IMG/VR virus record: IMGVR_UViG_3300021976_000018
Coordinates: 1-55,086 of that record
Length of the DNA stretch: 55,086 nucleotides
Reading direction: 5' to 3' (one strand)
Origin: a virus
Taxonomy: Duplodnaviria; Caudoviricetes
Each line of letters begins with the position of its first letter. Position 1 is the stretch's first letter. Under the pieces are notes generated by a model. The model had not been told where the DNA came from and made no database searches. It was given only the letters and a program-made list of their open reading frames with translations. The position numbers and the translations under genes are program-made. This document shows, one piece after another, positions 23,254-32,102 of the stretch.

Positions 23254-25482
23254 TCAGTCGGTGGTTTCGGGGGGTGAATCGGGCACTTCGCCGGCCTTCT
23301 CGACCAACACGTCGAGGACCTGTTTCAGCTCGAAGCCCTTGCGGTTGCACTTCGCCCCGCCCTCGACGGGGGTGGCCCACGTCTGGTTGCCGGCGTCGAT
23401 CCCGAACCGGCCGAGGGCGGCGGCGAGGTCGCTCTGATCCCACGTCTCGTAGAGGCCCGGGTAGGTGCCAGTCAGGCGGGCGCACAGCACCGCGGAGTGG
23501 GCCTTGTCCTCGCCCTCGAACGCGGCGGCGACGTGGTTCAGGACCTGGTCCGAGAGGGCCTCGTCCTCCTCCCCCGCAGCGACACCGGTCAGGGTGCCTT
23601 CGCCTTCGCGTAGGGCACGGGCCCGGTTGGCGACCTTGGTGGCGGCGGGGAGGTCCATCAGGTGGGCGTGGACGGTCTGGCCGCCCTTGTCGACGAGAGC
23701 CCCGTCATCGGCGCCGAGCAGGATGCAGACGCCCTTGTCGGTGGCTCGGAACTTCGACGTGTTCAACCCGGCCCGGGAGCTGCCCGAACCGAGGATCATC
23801 TCGGAGGCTTCGTCGGTGATCATGCGCAGGGCGATGCGGGTGCCGAACAGGTCCCGGAAGTCGGTGTTCATGATCTTCGAGCTGGGCCGTTGCGTCGCCA
23901 GCGCCAGGATGATCCCGGCGCCTGACCCTCGTTGGGCGAGGATCGTGAGGGCCTCGAGGATCTTGGTGCCGTACGCCTTGTTCTGCAGGTAGACCTGGAA
24001 CTCGTCGATCGCCAGGAACGTGACCGGCATCTTGAGCTTCCGGTCCCTAGCGAGTGCCCTGGTCAGCTTGCCTTCGGGGCAGCGGTCGTCGGGGAGGCGG
24101 CTCATCTTCTTGTACCGCTCGTCCATGTCCCGGACCAGGTCCGTCGCGGTGGCGAGCAGGGCTTTCGCGACCTCGTCGGAGGCGCCGGCACCGAAGGCGT
24201 GGCACACCCGCTCGAACGGGGCGTGGTCCTTGCCGCCCTTGCCGTCCCACAGCAGGAGCTTCACGTACGGGTCCATGGCGGCGGCAGCGATCAGGAGCCG
24301 CAGCACGAACGTCTTGCCCATCCTCGGCAGGGCCCCGATCAGGACATTGGTCCACAGCATGAGGAACTCGACCAGCTGGTCCTTCTCGTCCTGCCCGAAC
24401 GGGACTTCCTGCCACACGTCGAACTTCGCTGCCTTGACCAGCGGGGAGGTGACCGCGGGCCCGGAGAGCGGGTCGTCATCGGCGATCCACAGCTTGACCT
24501 GACCGGCGTGACCTTGGGGTCCGGTGGCCTGTTCGATGAACAGGCGTCGCTCGCTGATCCGGAGGCCGGCGGCGATGTCGGTCTTGCGCTTGATCGCCAG
24601 CTTGGCGGTGAAGCCCAACGGCAGGTCCACGATGGCCCCGTAGCCGGCCTTCTCCCGGTAGACGCCGGGGGCCGCGAAGTCCGGGGCGTCAGGGCCGGTG
24701 ACTTCCTTGCACAGCTTGGCCCCGTAGAGGGCCATGACGATCATGTCGGGAGTGATCTTGCGGGCCTGTGGGGACGACGTGACGGCGGACTCGATGTAGG
24801 GCCGGTCCATCGGCCGGCCCCACCAGCCGAGACCGAAGACCACGGTCAGGACCGTGGGGGCCACAGTCTCCCACCGCGTGAGACCAACGACGACGAGGGC
24901 CACGGCCGCGGCGGTCCCGAGGACCGCGACGGGGACCCGGGAGCGGACCTGGTCCCGGCGTTCGCGGGCCACCCGCATGTAGGGCCCGTAGTCCCGGGTC
25001 GTGATCGCGTGTTCCGCCGCGGACCATTCGACGTCACGCGACTCGCGGACCCTCGCCCACCTGCCCACACTCACGGCGAGGCGGCCGAGGCCACGGGGCG
25101 ACCACAGCAGGTTGAGGCCCACGTACTTCGGCAGGCGGATCACGTGAAAGGCGGACACGTGGTAGGCGTGGTTGGCGGCGAACCGGATGGCGTCGGCGGG
25201 TTCGCGCAGGGCCTCGGGGACCAGCGGCCTCCGGTCCCGTTCGGTCCAGTGGTCCTCCGCGACGTAGGGCCGGGGTGGGACCACGGTCCGGGTGGGCCGG
25301 TCCCCGACCAGGCGGACCGTCTGGTCCTCGGGGCCGTCGTCGTCGTGGTCCCAGTTGGCCCCGCCGGACCCGGGGGTCCAGTCGTGGTCCCCGTTGGTCT
25401 CGGGCTGGTCCCGGCCGGCCCTACGTCGGAGCCAGCCGGGGGCCACGTCCCCGCGGTACAGGCGACGCCACAGCGGGTTCAT
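23254..25482 (-). CDS. FtsK/SpoIIIE-family DNA translocase of the Streptomyces TraB type
   Basis: N-terminal TM pair, Walker A GALPRMGKT, DGKG, Walker B FLAIDEFQ, ATQRP, and a C-terminal wHTH-like segment (L.ARL...YP.LY..W....LAAAL..FGI...NRKG). Confidence 0.88.
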   Translation of the reverse strand: MNPLWRRLYRGDVAPGWLRRRAGRDQPETNGDHDWTPGSGGANWDHDDDGPEDQTVRLVGDRPTRTVVPPRPYVAEDHWTERDRRPLVPEALREPADAIRFAANHAYHVSAFHVIRLPKYVGLNLLWSPRGLGRLAVSVGRWARVRESRDVEWSAAEHAITTRDYGPYMRVARERRDQVRSRVPVAVLGTAAAVALVVVGLTRWETVAPTVLTVVFGLGWWGRPMDRPYIESAVTSSPQARKITPDMIVMALYGAKLCKEVTGPDAPDFAAPGVYREKAGYGAIVDLPLGFTAKLAIKRKTDIAAGLRISERRLFIEQATGPQGHAGQVKLWIADDDPLSGPAVTSPLVKAAKFDVWQEVPFGQDEKDQLVEFLMLWTNVLIGALPRMGKTFVLRLLIAAAAMDPYVKLLLWDGKGGKDHAPFERVCHAFGAGASDEVAKALLATATDLVRDMDERYKKMSRLPDDRCPEGKLTRALARDRKLKMPVTFLAIDEFQVYLQNKAYGTKILEALTILAQRGSGAGIILALATQRPSSKIMNTDFRDLFGTRIALRMITDEASEMILGSGSSRAGLNTSKFRATDKGVCILLGADDGALVDKGGQTVHAHLMDLPAATKVANRARALREGEGTLTGVAAGEEDEALSDQVLNHVAAAFEGEDKAHSAVLCARLTGTYPGLYETWDQSDLAAALGRFGIDAGNQTWATPVEGGAKCNRKGFELKQVLDVLVEKAGEVPDSPPETTD

Positions 25483-26315
25483 GGGTAGCGGCCGGCGATC
25501 TCGGTGGCCTTCGTGGTCCCGATCGTGTGGCCCTCGGCCCGAACCTTCGCGGTGAGGGACCGGCGGGTGACACGCTGCCCGTTGTTGGCCATCTGCTGGG
25601 CGATCAACTCGGCTGCTGTCGTGTCGGCGTCCCCGTTGGAGCTCGCGGGCGGGGCCGTGAGGGCCGGTCGGTCGAGCTGGGCGGGGGCCAGGCGGCCGAG
25701 GCGGTACATGACCCGCTGGCGGCGCGGTGCCTTCCACCGGTACGCGACGGCGCCGTGTGCGTCCTGTAGGTCGCTGCGGGCCAGGAGACGGTCCTGCTCG
25801 CGGTCGAGGGCTTGCGGGTAGGAGCGCAGCTCCCACAGGACCATGCGGCGCCACAGCAGCAACGTGGGCAGCGGGGCGAGCAGCCACCGGGAGGGCCGGA
25901 TCCGGTCCATCCTCGGCGCACCCCTACCCGACAAGCCGGCGAGGGTGCGGACCACGTGGGCGCCGGCCTCGACGGCGACGACCCACAGCAACGGGAGCAC
26001 ACCGTGGGCGAGCTGGCCCACCAACGTGACCTCGCCGGCGACGTTGAGGTACACGGTCGTCCCCACCAGCGCCCAGGGGACGAGGCGCAGCCACCGGGTC
26101 CGCATCCCCATCCGGGCCATGAGCAGGTCCAGGCCGGTGAACGCGGCGATGCCGATGTCGATGCCGAGCGGGACCGTGGGGGCCAGGTCACCGAACGAGG
26201 GGCGGACCGCTTCGGCGACGTGCGTGAAGCTATTGACGGCGCCGATCAGGCCGAGCGCGGCCACGAGCCCCACCACCGCGTGGGTGGCGTAGCGCTCCCA
26301 CTCGTTGGTGTTCAC
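25479..26315 (-). CDS. DUF2637 (Spd-like) membrane protein
   Basis: IG.VNSF..V...VPLGID.GI...T.YLNV...HGVLP.LWV..VE...RMDRIR.SRWLLAP..T..LWRRM.LWE.RSY; four TM helices. Confidence 0.8.
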   Translation of the reverse strand: MNTNEWERYATHAVVGLVAALGLIGAVNSFTHVAEAVRPSFGDLAPTVPLGIDIGIAAFTGLDLLMARMGMRTRWLRLVPWALVGTTVYLNVAGEVTLVGQLAHGVLPLLWVVAVEAGAHVVRTLAGLSGRGAPRMDRIRPSRWLLAPLPTLLLWRRMVLWELRSYPQALDREQDRLLARSDLQDAHGAVAYRWKAPRRQRVMYRLGRLAPAQLDRPALTAPPASSNGDADTTAAELIAQQMANNGQRVTRRSLTAKVRAEGHTIGTTKATEIAGRYP

Positions 26316-26452
26316 CAGCCCTTCCCCCCGGACGCGACCGCCCACGTCAGGAGCAGGGTGATCGTCAACCCGCGGTGACGGCGGGCGAACGCGACGGCGG
26401 CACGGGTGAGGCCGTACACGCACCTCACGAGGAGGACCGGTGCGACCATCAC
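26312..26452 (-). CDS. Small membrane protein of the transfer operon
   Basis: GTGA overlaps at both ends; hydrophobic. Confidence 0.5.
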   Translation of the reverse strand: MMVAPVLLVRCVYGLTRAAVAFARRHRGLTITLLLTWAVASGGKGW

Positions 26453-26664
26453 GCGATGTTCCCCTGGCCCAGCCCGGAGGCGACCGCGTTGATGATCGAC
26501 GTGAAGATCTCGAGGCTCTCGGCGGCGAGGGTGTCGACCATGCTGCCCGGCTCGGAGGCCTTGAGCAGCAGCATCCCGAGCAGGACGTGGGGGAGCTGGA
26601 CGCCCTTCATCTTCCAGGCGGCCAGTACGACGATCAGGAGGAGGAGGCCGAGCGAGACCGTCAT
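26449..26664 (-). CDS. Small membrane protein of the transfer operon
   Basis: MTVSLGLLLLIVVLAAWK...HVLLGMLL. Confidence 0.65.
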   Translation of the reverse strand: MTVSLGLLLLIVVLAAWKMKGVQLPHVLLGMLLLKASEPGSMVDTLAAESLEIFTSIINAVASGLGQGNIA

Positions 26665-26693
26665 GGCGTCCGCGCCTTGGTCTTAGTGGACAT

Positions 26694-26792
26694 GAACGGC
26701 ACGGTAGCACGGGCGTAACGCCCATCCCGCTCTTCCCGCCTGTTACGCTTGGTGTTCCATCCGGGATGACCGGGACGCGCTAGACGTAGGGG
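26694..26792. promoter_or_regulatory. Divergent promoter region between the transfer operon and an RHH gene
   Basis: Minus-strand extended -10 TGcTACCGT (26701-26709); inverted repeat GCGTAAC (26713-26719) / GTTACGC (26742-26748). Confidence 0.5.
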
Positions 26793-26951
26793 ATGAGTGT
26801 GCTGAAGATCGAGAACTTTCCAGGCGACCTACACAAGAAGCTGAAGGGCCTGGCGGTCGACTCGGAGGAGACCCTGCGAGAAATCATCATCAGGGCTGCA
26901 GCCACCGAGGCGGAGCGCATGGAGGCCGAGCGTCAGGCCAGCGGCCAGTGA
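26793..26951 (+). CDS. Ribbon-helix-helix regulator (52 aa, in a Kor-like position)
   Basis: Translated by hand: MSVLKIENFPGDLHKKLKGLAVDSEETLREIIIRAA... Confidence 0.7.
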   Translation: MSVLKIENFPGDLHKKLKGLAVDSEETLREIIIRAAATEAERMEAERQASGQ

Positions 26952-27361
26952 GCGCTCCGCTGTTCGCAGCGCCGCGGCCGTGCAACACCTGCCCGTACCG
27001 GCGCGACACCCCGCCGGGCGTCTGGCACCCGGACGAGTACGCCAAGCTCGCCACCTTCGACGACCAGCACGACGGGTCGCTGCCCAACCTCGCAGTGTTC
27101 CGCTGCCACCAGCAGACCGCCACCAACGTGCCGACCGTGTGCCGTGGCTGGCTGTCGGTCCACGCCCACACGCCCGCGATCCGTATGGCCGTCATCACAG
27201 GGCAGGTCACGGTCGACCAGGTGTTCGCCGAGGTCGATGTGGAGCTCTACGAGACAGGCGCCGAGGCGTGCGCCGCCGGCATGGCCGGTGTCGAACGGGT
27301 GAGCTCTCAAGCGTCACGAGCCATCGACAAGCTGCAGCGCCGCGGCGTGGGGGTGGAGTGA
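26948..27361 (+). CDS. DUF6283-like Cys-rich protein
   Basis: PCNTCPYRRD.P.GVW...EY.KL..FD...F.CHQ......CRGWL. Confidence 0.7.
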   Translation: MSAPLFAAPRPCNTCPYRRDTPPGVWHPDEYAKLATFDDQHDGSLPNLAVFRCHQQTATNVPTVCRGWLSVHAHTPAIRMAVITGQVTVDQVFAEVDVELYETGAEACAAGMAGVERVSSQASRAIDKLQRRGVGVE

Positions 27362-27846
27362 TGGCCAAGGTCCGCACCCACACCCGCGTAGTGAAGGGCC
27401 GCACCCAGAAGGTCAAGGCGCACAGCCGGAAGCTGCAGCCCGCCCGGGCCCGCGCCAACATCCGCCGGGCAGCCCGCCACGGACGACGCAAGCAGTACGG
27501 CGCCGCCGCGATCGTCGGGTGCGCGGCCGCGGCCGAGATCGGAGGCTGGGTCCTCGGCCGCGGCGTCGGGGTCGCGCTCGTCACGATCGGCATCGCCGCG
27601 CTCGGTACCGGGGTAGCCCTCCGCCGCGCCACGCCATCCACCCCGCGCCCGACCCGTCGTGCGCCGGGGACCGTGCGCCCCGTCCCGTCCCGCGGGCCGT
27701 CCCTCTACGAGCAAGGCCGACAGGCCAGGGCAGCCGACAAGCGCAGCAGCCGCGGCTACGACCACAACACCCCGACACCCAAGTTCCGTGGTGAAGACGA
27801 CCCCGGCCGCGCCGAGTGGAACCGCGGCTACGAGGGCGGCGAGTGA
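27361..27846 (+). CDS. Basic membrane protein
   Basis: ATG 27361 overlaps the upstream stop; K/R-rich N-terminus and two hydrophobic helices. Confidence 0.55.
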   Translation: MAKVRTHTRVVKGRTQKVKAHSRKLQPARARANIRRAARHGRRKQYGAAAIVGCAAAAEIGGWVLGRGVGVALVTIGIAALGTGVALRRATPSTPRPTRRAPGTVRPVPSRGPSLYEQGRQARAADKRSSRGYDHNTPTPKFRGEDDPGRAEWNRGYEGGE

Positions 27847-27944
27847 CCGGTTTGGTACCGCTTCCACCCTCCGCCTCGGTTTGGGTGCAGATGAGTACCG
27901 CTCCGTTCAAGCATCACCACTAACGCTGCGAAAGGACCCCCAAA

Positions 27945-28565
27945 GTGCCCGCGCCCGCGCCCCCGACGAACAAGGGCCAGAAGTTCCCACCCGAACCACT
28001 CACCGCCGACGAGGTCCACCGCCTGCTGAAAGCAGCATCGAACCGATCGTCGTCCGGGATCCGGGTCCGGGCGCTCATCGCAGTCATGTACGGCGCCGGT
28101 CTCCGCATCGCCGAGACCATCGACCTCTACCCGCGGGACGCCGACACAGAGGCCGGGACCGTGAGGGTGCGCCGTGGGAAGAACTCGAAGTGGCGGTTCG
28201 TCGGCCTCGACCCCTTCGCTTGCGGACTGGTCGACCGCTGGCTCACCCGTCGCAACGACCTAGGACTGAACGGCCGGCACCCCATCTTCACCACGTACTC
28301 CGAGGGGAACATGGGCACTCCACTCAGTCAGCGCTACATCCGCACCGCCCTCAGCCGGCTCGCCGAGCGGGGCGGCATCGAGAAGCGCGTCCACCCGCAC
28401 GGCCTACGGCACTCGTTCGCGTTCGACCTCGCCCAGCGTGGCATCCCCATCCACCAGATCCAAGCGCAACTCGGTCACGAGTCCCTGTCGGGGACGGAGC
28501 GGTACATCTCCCACCTCGCACCCATGGACGTCGTCGCGATGATGCGCAACCGGGACTGGAGCTAG
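27945..28565 (+). CDS. Short tyrosine recombinase (catalytic domain only, FimB-like size)
   Basis: GLRIAE (R), RRGKNSK (K), HGLRH, LGH and TERY (Y); AAAGGA RBS. Confidence 0.92.
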   Translation: MPAPAPPTNKGQKFPPEPLTADEVHRLLKAASNRSSSGIRVRALIAVMYGAGLRIAETIDLYPRDADTEAGTVRVRRGKNSKWRFVGLDPFACGLVDRWLTRRNDLGLNGRHPIFTTYSEGNMGTPLSQRYIRTALSRLAERGGIEKRVHPHGLRHSFAFDLAQRGIPIHQIQAQLGHESLSGTERYISHLAPMDVVAMMRNRDWS

Positions 28566-28576
28566 GAGCCGACCCT

Positions 28577-30115
28577 CTAGCGCCACTCGATCACGACGCG
28601 CCCTGGGTCGAACCGTTGGATGCCGGGCGTGGGACGGCCGATGACGATGCGGGTGATGTGGTTGCCGATGACGTGCCGACGTTCGTTGTCGTCCATGAGC
28701 GCCCAGTCGGCGACGATCGCTGTCGGGTCGATGTCGGCTCGTGGGGTGGGGAGAGCCGCGAGCTCGGCGGTGAGCGTGGACTTGCGGTGGTCGAGCCCGG
28801 CACGGGCGGCGTCCCACTCGTCGTCGTTCAGCTCGCCGGCTCCCCACTGGCGGGCCCGTTGCACCCGACTGTCGTCGAGGTCGGTGATGGCCGCCGCCAG
28901 TTCCTCGCGCCGTTCGGCGACACCGTCGGCGCTAGCGGCGCCGGCGAGGAACTCGGGGGACTGCAGGTAGGTGAGCAGCTCGTCGTAGACGTGGTCCTCG
29001 AGGGCCTGGGCGACGATGGTCGTGTGCCCGCATCCGGTGGGCGTCGTGTCGCTGACGGCGATACAGGCGTAGCGTCGCTGCCATCCGCTGGGGTTCTGGC
29101 GGCCCTTGCCGTTCAGTCGCCACTTGCACGCCGCGCAGTAGAGGTAGCCGGTGAGCGGGTAGCCCCGCGACGGGACCCGGGGCTTGCCGGTGATGTAGGG
29201 CTTGCCGTCGTTGCCGACGACCTTGCGGGGCTTCTCCAGGAGGGCGCACACGCGGCGCCAGGTGACCTCGTCGAGGATCGGTTCCCAAGTGCCGTCCGTG
29301 TGGTCCTCACCCATGTGGACACGGCGCCCGGCGACCCCCGGTTTGGTGACGACCGCGGTCACCTTCTGCGGCACCCACAGCAGGGAGACGTAGCCGATGA
29401 TCACGTCGTTCTTGAGGCGCGGTCGACCGGCGCGTTTCGGCAGGCAGGCGGGGAGCCCGAACGCGAGACGCATCGCGTTGAACTGGTTCAGCCGTCGGGC
29501 GATCTGCGCCCGGGCCCAACCGGAGAGCAGCGCCGTCGCCATCCACCGGACCACCTCGGCTTCGACCCGGTTGACGACGAGCGTCTTGCGGCCGTCCTCA
29601 TCGACACCGTGGTCGTAGCCGTAGACGGCACCGGAGCGAGGGCGGCCTTTGTCGGCGAGGTCCTGCATCGTGTCCTTGAGCCTCTCCCTCAGGCGTTTAC
29701 GTTCCCGGTAGGCGAACACGTTCTTGACGTCGGCGACCTCGTCGAGGGTGACGATGCCTTCCCGGTTGGTGTGGACTTCGGTGATGCCGACGTCGTCGAG
29801 GTCGATGGTCAGGTCGACCCAGCGCCGCCGGTTGGCTTCGAGGCGGGTCATCTCGACCGTCCAGATGTGCCCCACCTCACCCGCGAGGATGGCGGCACGG
29901 AGGTCGTCGTAGCCGGGACGTTGGACGTTCTCGTCGAAGGCCGTCAGGTTGTTGTCGGGGAACACCCGCACCGCGACGCCGGGCCAGTGCTCGGCCGCGT
30001 AGGCCCGGCCCCATTCCTCTTGGCGTTCGACGCCCTCGCCGCGGCCGGACTTGTCGACGGATATCCGCACGTAGATGGCCACGTAGCGCTCGGTCAAGGG
30101 AGCCAGCGTCGTCAT
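28577..30115 (-). CDS. int: Large serine integrase
   Basis: AIYVRISVD (catalytic Ser), RPGY, TRL.., YGY recombinase domain, CAAC...YAC...C zinc ribbon, coiled coil. Confidence 0.95.
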   Translation of the reverse strand: MTTLAPLTERYVAIYVRISVDKSGRGEGVERQEEWGRAYAAEHWPGVAVRVFPDNNLTAFDENVQRPGYDDLRAAILAGEVGHIWTVEMTRLEANRRRWVDLTIDLDDVGITEVHTNREGIVTLDEVADVKNVFAYRERKRLRERLKDTMQDLADKGRPRSGAVYGYDHGVDEDGRKTLVVNRVEAEVVRWMATALLSGWARAQIARRLNQFNAMRLAFGLPACLPKRAGRPRLKNDVIIGYVSLLWVPQKVTAVVTKPGVAGRRVHMGEDHTDGTWEPILDEVTWRRVCALLEKPRKVVGNDGKPYITGKPRVPSRGYPLTGYLYCAACKWRLNGKGRQNPSGWQRRYACIAVSDTTPTGCGHTTIVAQALEDHVYDELLTYLQSPEFLAGAASADGVAERREELAAAITDLDDSRVQRARQWGAGELNDDEWDAARAGLDHRKSTLTAELAALPTPRADIDPTAIVADWALMDDNERRHVIGNHITRIVIGRPTPGIQRFDPGRVVIEWR

Positions 30116-30240
30116 AATCCCGGAAGGGTACTAGACACAACCCCTAGAACCTGTCATTGTCCTAGGTGCACCTCTTCGGGTGTGCATCCGGGGTGTGTCG
30201 AGCACCACCGGACGCCGGACACACCCCCACTAAGGAGGGC
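30116..30240. other. Intergenic region with inverted repeats, candidate attP and divergent promoters
   Basis: Imperfect repeat CTAG..ACAA...TTGT.CTAG near 30131-30165; perfect stem GGGGTGTGTC (30190-30199) / GACACACCCC (30218-30227). Confidence 0.4.
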
Positions 30241-30247
30241 GCATCCA

Positions 30248-30451
30248 ATGAACGACGCTACCGAGGACGTCAACACCACGCCGGACTTCACCAACTCCGC
30301 CTACCACGTGCAGACCGGGGACGGTTGGAGCGAGCCCATGAGCTACGACCAGGTCCGGGCGCTCCAACCCAAGCTCACCGAGGCCGAGTGGCAGCGTATC
30401 GAGGCGCTGGAGGCCACCGTGGGCCGGGCCCATGAGGGGGACATGCCGTGA
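30248..30451 (+). CDS. Hypothetical protein
   Basis: TAAGGAGG RBS, ATG 30248. Confidence 0.65.
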   Translation: MNDATEDVNTTPDFTNSAYHVQTGDGWSEPMSYDQVRALQPKLTEAEWQRIEALEATVGRAHEGDMP

Positions 30452-30675
30452 CCTCCACCACCGAAGTGCCGAAGGTGGTGCGCCAGTTGCGCGGCGCGCA
30501 GCAGCTCGCAGCGACCCTGACCGCCGTCTATCCAAGCGAGACGCTCACAGTCGCCCGCGAGCTGCCACCCGAGGGCTGGGCCTTCACCGCCCAGTACGTC
30601 GGCATCGACCCGCCGCCCGACGACACCGTGGCGCTCACCCTCGAGCTGCTCCGACAGAACGGCGAGGGCTCGTGA
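30448..30675 (+). CDS. Hypothetical protein
   Basis: GTGA overlap. Confidence 0.55.
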   Translation: MTSTTEVPKVVRQLRGAQQLAATLTAVYPSETLTVARELPPEGWAFTAQYVGIDPPPDDTVALTLELLRQNGEGS

Positions 30676-30902
30676 TGGGCGAGCACCGCTGTAAGCCGGG
30701 CCGCAAGACTGTGGACCGTCGATGCACTTGGCACTCCGAGCACTTCTGGTGCAAGGACTGCGAGGGCTACTACGGGGTCGCCCACGACGGGGAATGCCAC
30801 ACGGCCCGAAAGGGACGGGGTGGCGTCATCAACGGCCACCCGTCACCTGCCTGCGCCTGTCGCTGGTGTGTCGAGCGCTACCGCACCGCCAAGGAGGCAT
30901 GA
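30675..30902 (+). CDS. Cys/His-rich small protein
   Basis: HRC...C..H...CKDC...H...CH...CACRWC. Confidence 0.55.
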   Translation: MGEHRCKPGRKTVDRRCTWHSEHFWCKDCEGYYGVAHDGECHTARKGRGGVINGHPSPACACRWCVERYRTAKEA

Positions 30903-30903
30903 C

Positions 30904-31047
30904 GTGCGCACCCTCTACAAGCTGCTGTCCATCCTCGGGACGTTGAAGGCCGCGAAGCGTGGCCCGGCAGCGCTCGGACGCAGGCAGGTGCGACGTGTCG
31001 CCAACCGCGAGTTCAACCGTCGGCTGCGACGATGGGTGAAGGTGTAG
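30904..31047 (+). CDS. Small basic protein
   Basis: AAGGAGG RBS; RTLYKLLSILG.LKAAKRGP.A..RR.VRR. Confidence 0.55.
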   Translation: MRTLYKLLSILGTLKAAKRGPAALGRRQVRRVANREFNRRLRRWVKV

Positions 31048-31301
31048 TGGCGAGCGACGCAGAGAGAGCGAGGGAGACCAAGGCTCGGCTCTCCAGTCCC
31101 GGAGGCTGGGGCCAGGTCGGCAGCGCGACCGAGCACCAGCGGTACGCCAAGCAGGTCGGCAGTCGAAGCCGGCGTCGTTGCCCGTGGTGCCCGAAGGGTC
31201 AGCGGCCGCGGGCCACGCACGTTGGCATGGCCAACGGTGTCGCACTCACCTCCGGCTGCGAGTGGCACGTGGCTATGTGGGTGCGAGGCAAGGAGGACTA
31301 G
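31047..31301 (+). CDS. Hypothetical protein with Cys motif
   Basis: RRRCPWC...RATHVGMANGVALTSGCEWH. Confidence 0.6.
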   Translation: MASDAERARETKARLSSPGGWGQVGSATEHQRYAKQVGSRSRRRCPWCPKGQRPRATHVGMANGVALTSGCEWHVAMWVRGKED

Positions 31302-31303
31302 CC

Positions 31304-31507
31304 ATGACCCCCGACACCCCGACGCTGACCGAGGTGGGCGACTTCACCGCCGACCTGCGCGACCTGTCCCGGCGGCTGATGCGCTTCGAGGACATCCCGG
31401 CCGGCGAGCTCGCGGACTTCCACACCCGGAAGCAGGCGCTGCTCGAACGCATCGAACCCGCAAGTACCGTGAGCGACACCCGGCTGTGGCGGCCGGACCG
31501 GAGCTAG
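31304..31507 (+). CDS. Hypothetical protein
   Basis: AAGGAGG RBS. Confidence 0.55.
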   Translation: MTPDTPTLTEVGDFTADLRDLSRRLMRFEDIPAGELADFHTRKQALLERIEPASTVSDTRLWRPDRS

Positions 31508-31518
31508 GAGAAGGCGAG

Positions 31519-31863
31519 ATGGCGAAGTACACCGGCTCGGTCAGAGAAGCGCTCAACCGGTGGCGGAAGCCCCACATCCACAGCATCGACACCGAGGCCC
31601 ACAGCACCAACGGGTTGCAAGGTGCGTCGGTGTCGATTCGCTCGGCGACCGGTGAGGTGACGCTCATTGTGACCAGCGTCGCCGTTGAGTCTGGCGCCGG
31701 GCAGCTCGATGAGGTCTACCGATCCTTCGAGCTGCTGACGCATGCACCAAGCGACGCTGCGATGCTCGCCTCAGAGGTAGAGCGCCTGACGGCGCAGGTC
31801 GCAGACCTCAAGATCGCTTCTGGCCCCTCCCCTCCCGGTACTACCGGAGATGGAGGCGAGTAA
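31519..31863 (+). CDS. Hypothetical protein
   Basis: AGGAG RBS, ATG 31519. Confidence 0.55.
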   Translation: MAKYTGSVREALNRWRKPHIHSIDTEAHSTNGLQGASVSIRSATGEVTLIVTSVAVESGAGQLDEVYRSFELLTHAPSDAAMLASEVERLTAQVADLKIASGPSPPGTTGDGGE

Positions 31864-32102
31864 TGGGCGATGGCCTGTTCTGCGACACGTGTGGCAAACC
31901 GATCACCGGTGTCGCCAACACGCGAGCCATCTGGGACGGAGCCGAGACCTCGGACAGCTGGGCATGGCATCCGACCTGCAACCCGCCGCCGTTCCCCCAA
32001 GATGGACCTGCCGAACGGGTCGGACCCGGCGAATGGGTCGACATCACCGACCACGTCGTCGATGCAACCGTCAGCCCCGGTCGGCCTCCCGGTACTACCG
32101 GA
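31831..32102. repeat. 18-bp direct repeat CCTCCCGGTACTACCGGA with palindromic core CCGGTA-C-TACCGG, at 31831-31848 and 32085-32102
   Basis: Read directly; each copy is followed by GGAGGCGAG and a start codon. Confidence 0.8.

Noticed and set aside
27659-30451. 930-aa plus-strand ORF
   Set aside because: Antisense shadow of the serine integrase plus an off-frame read of the tyrosine recombinase. Only the last 67 codons (from 30248, strong RBS) look real.
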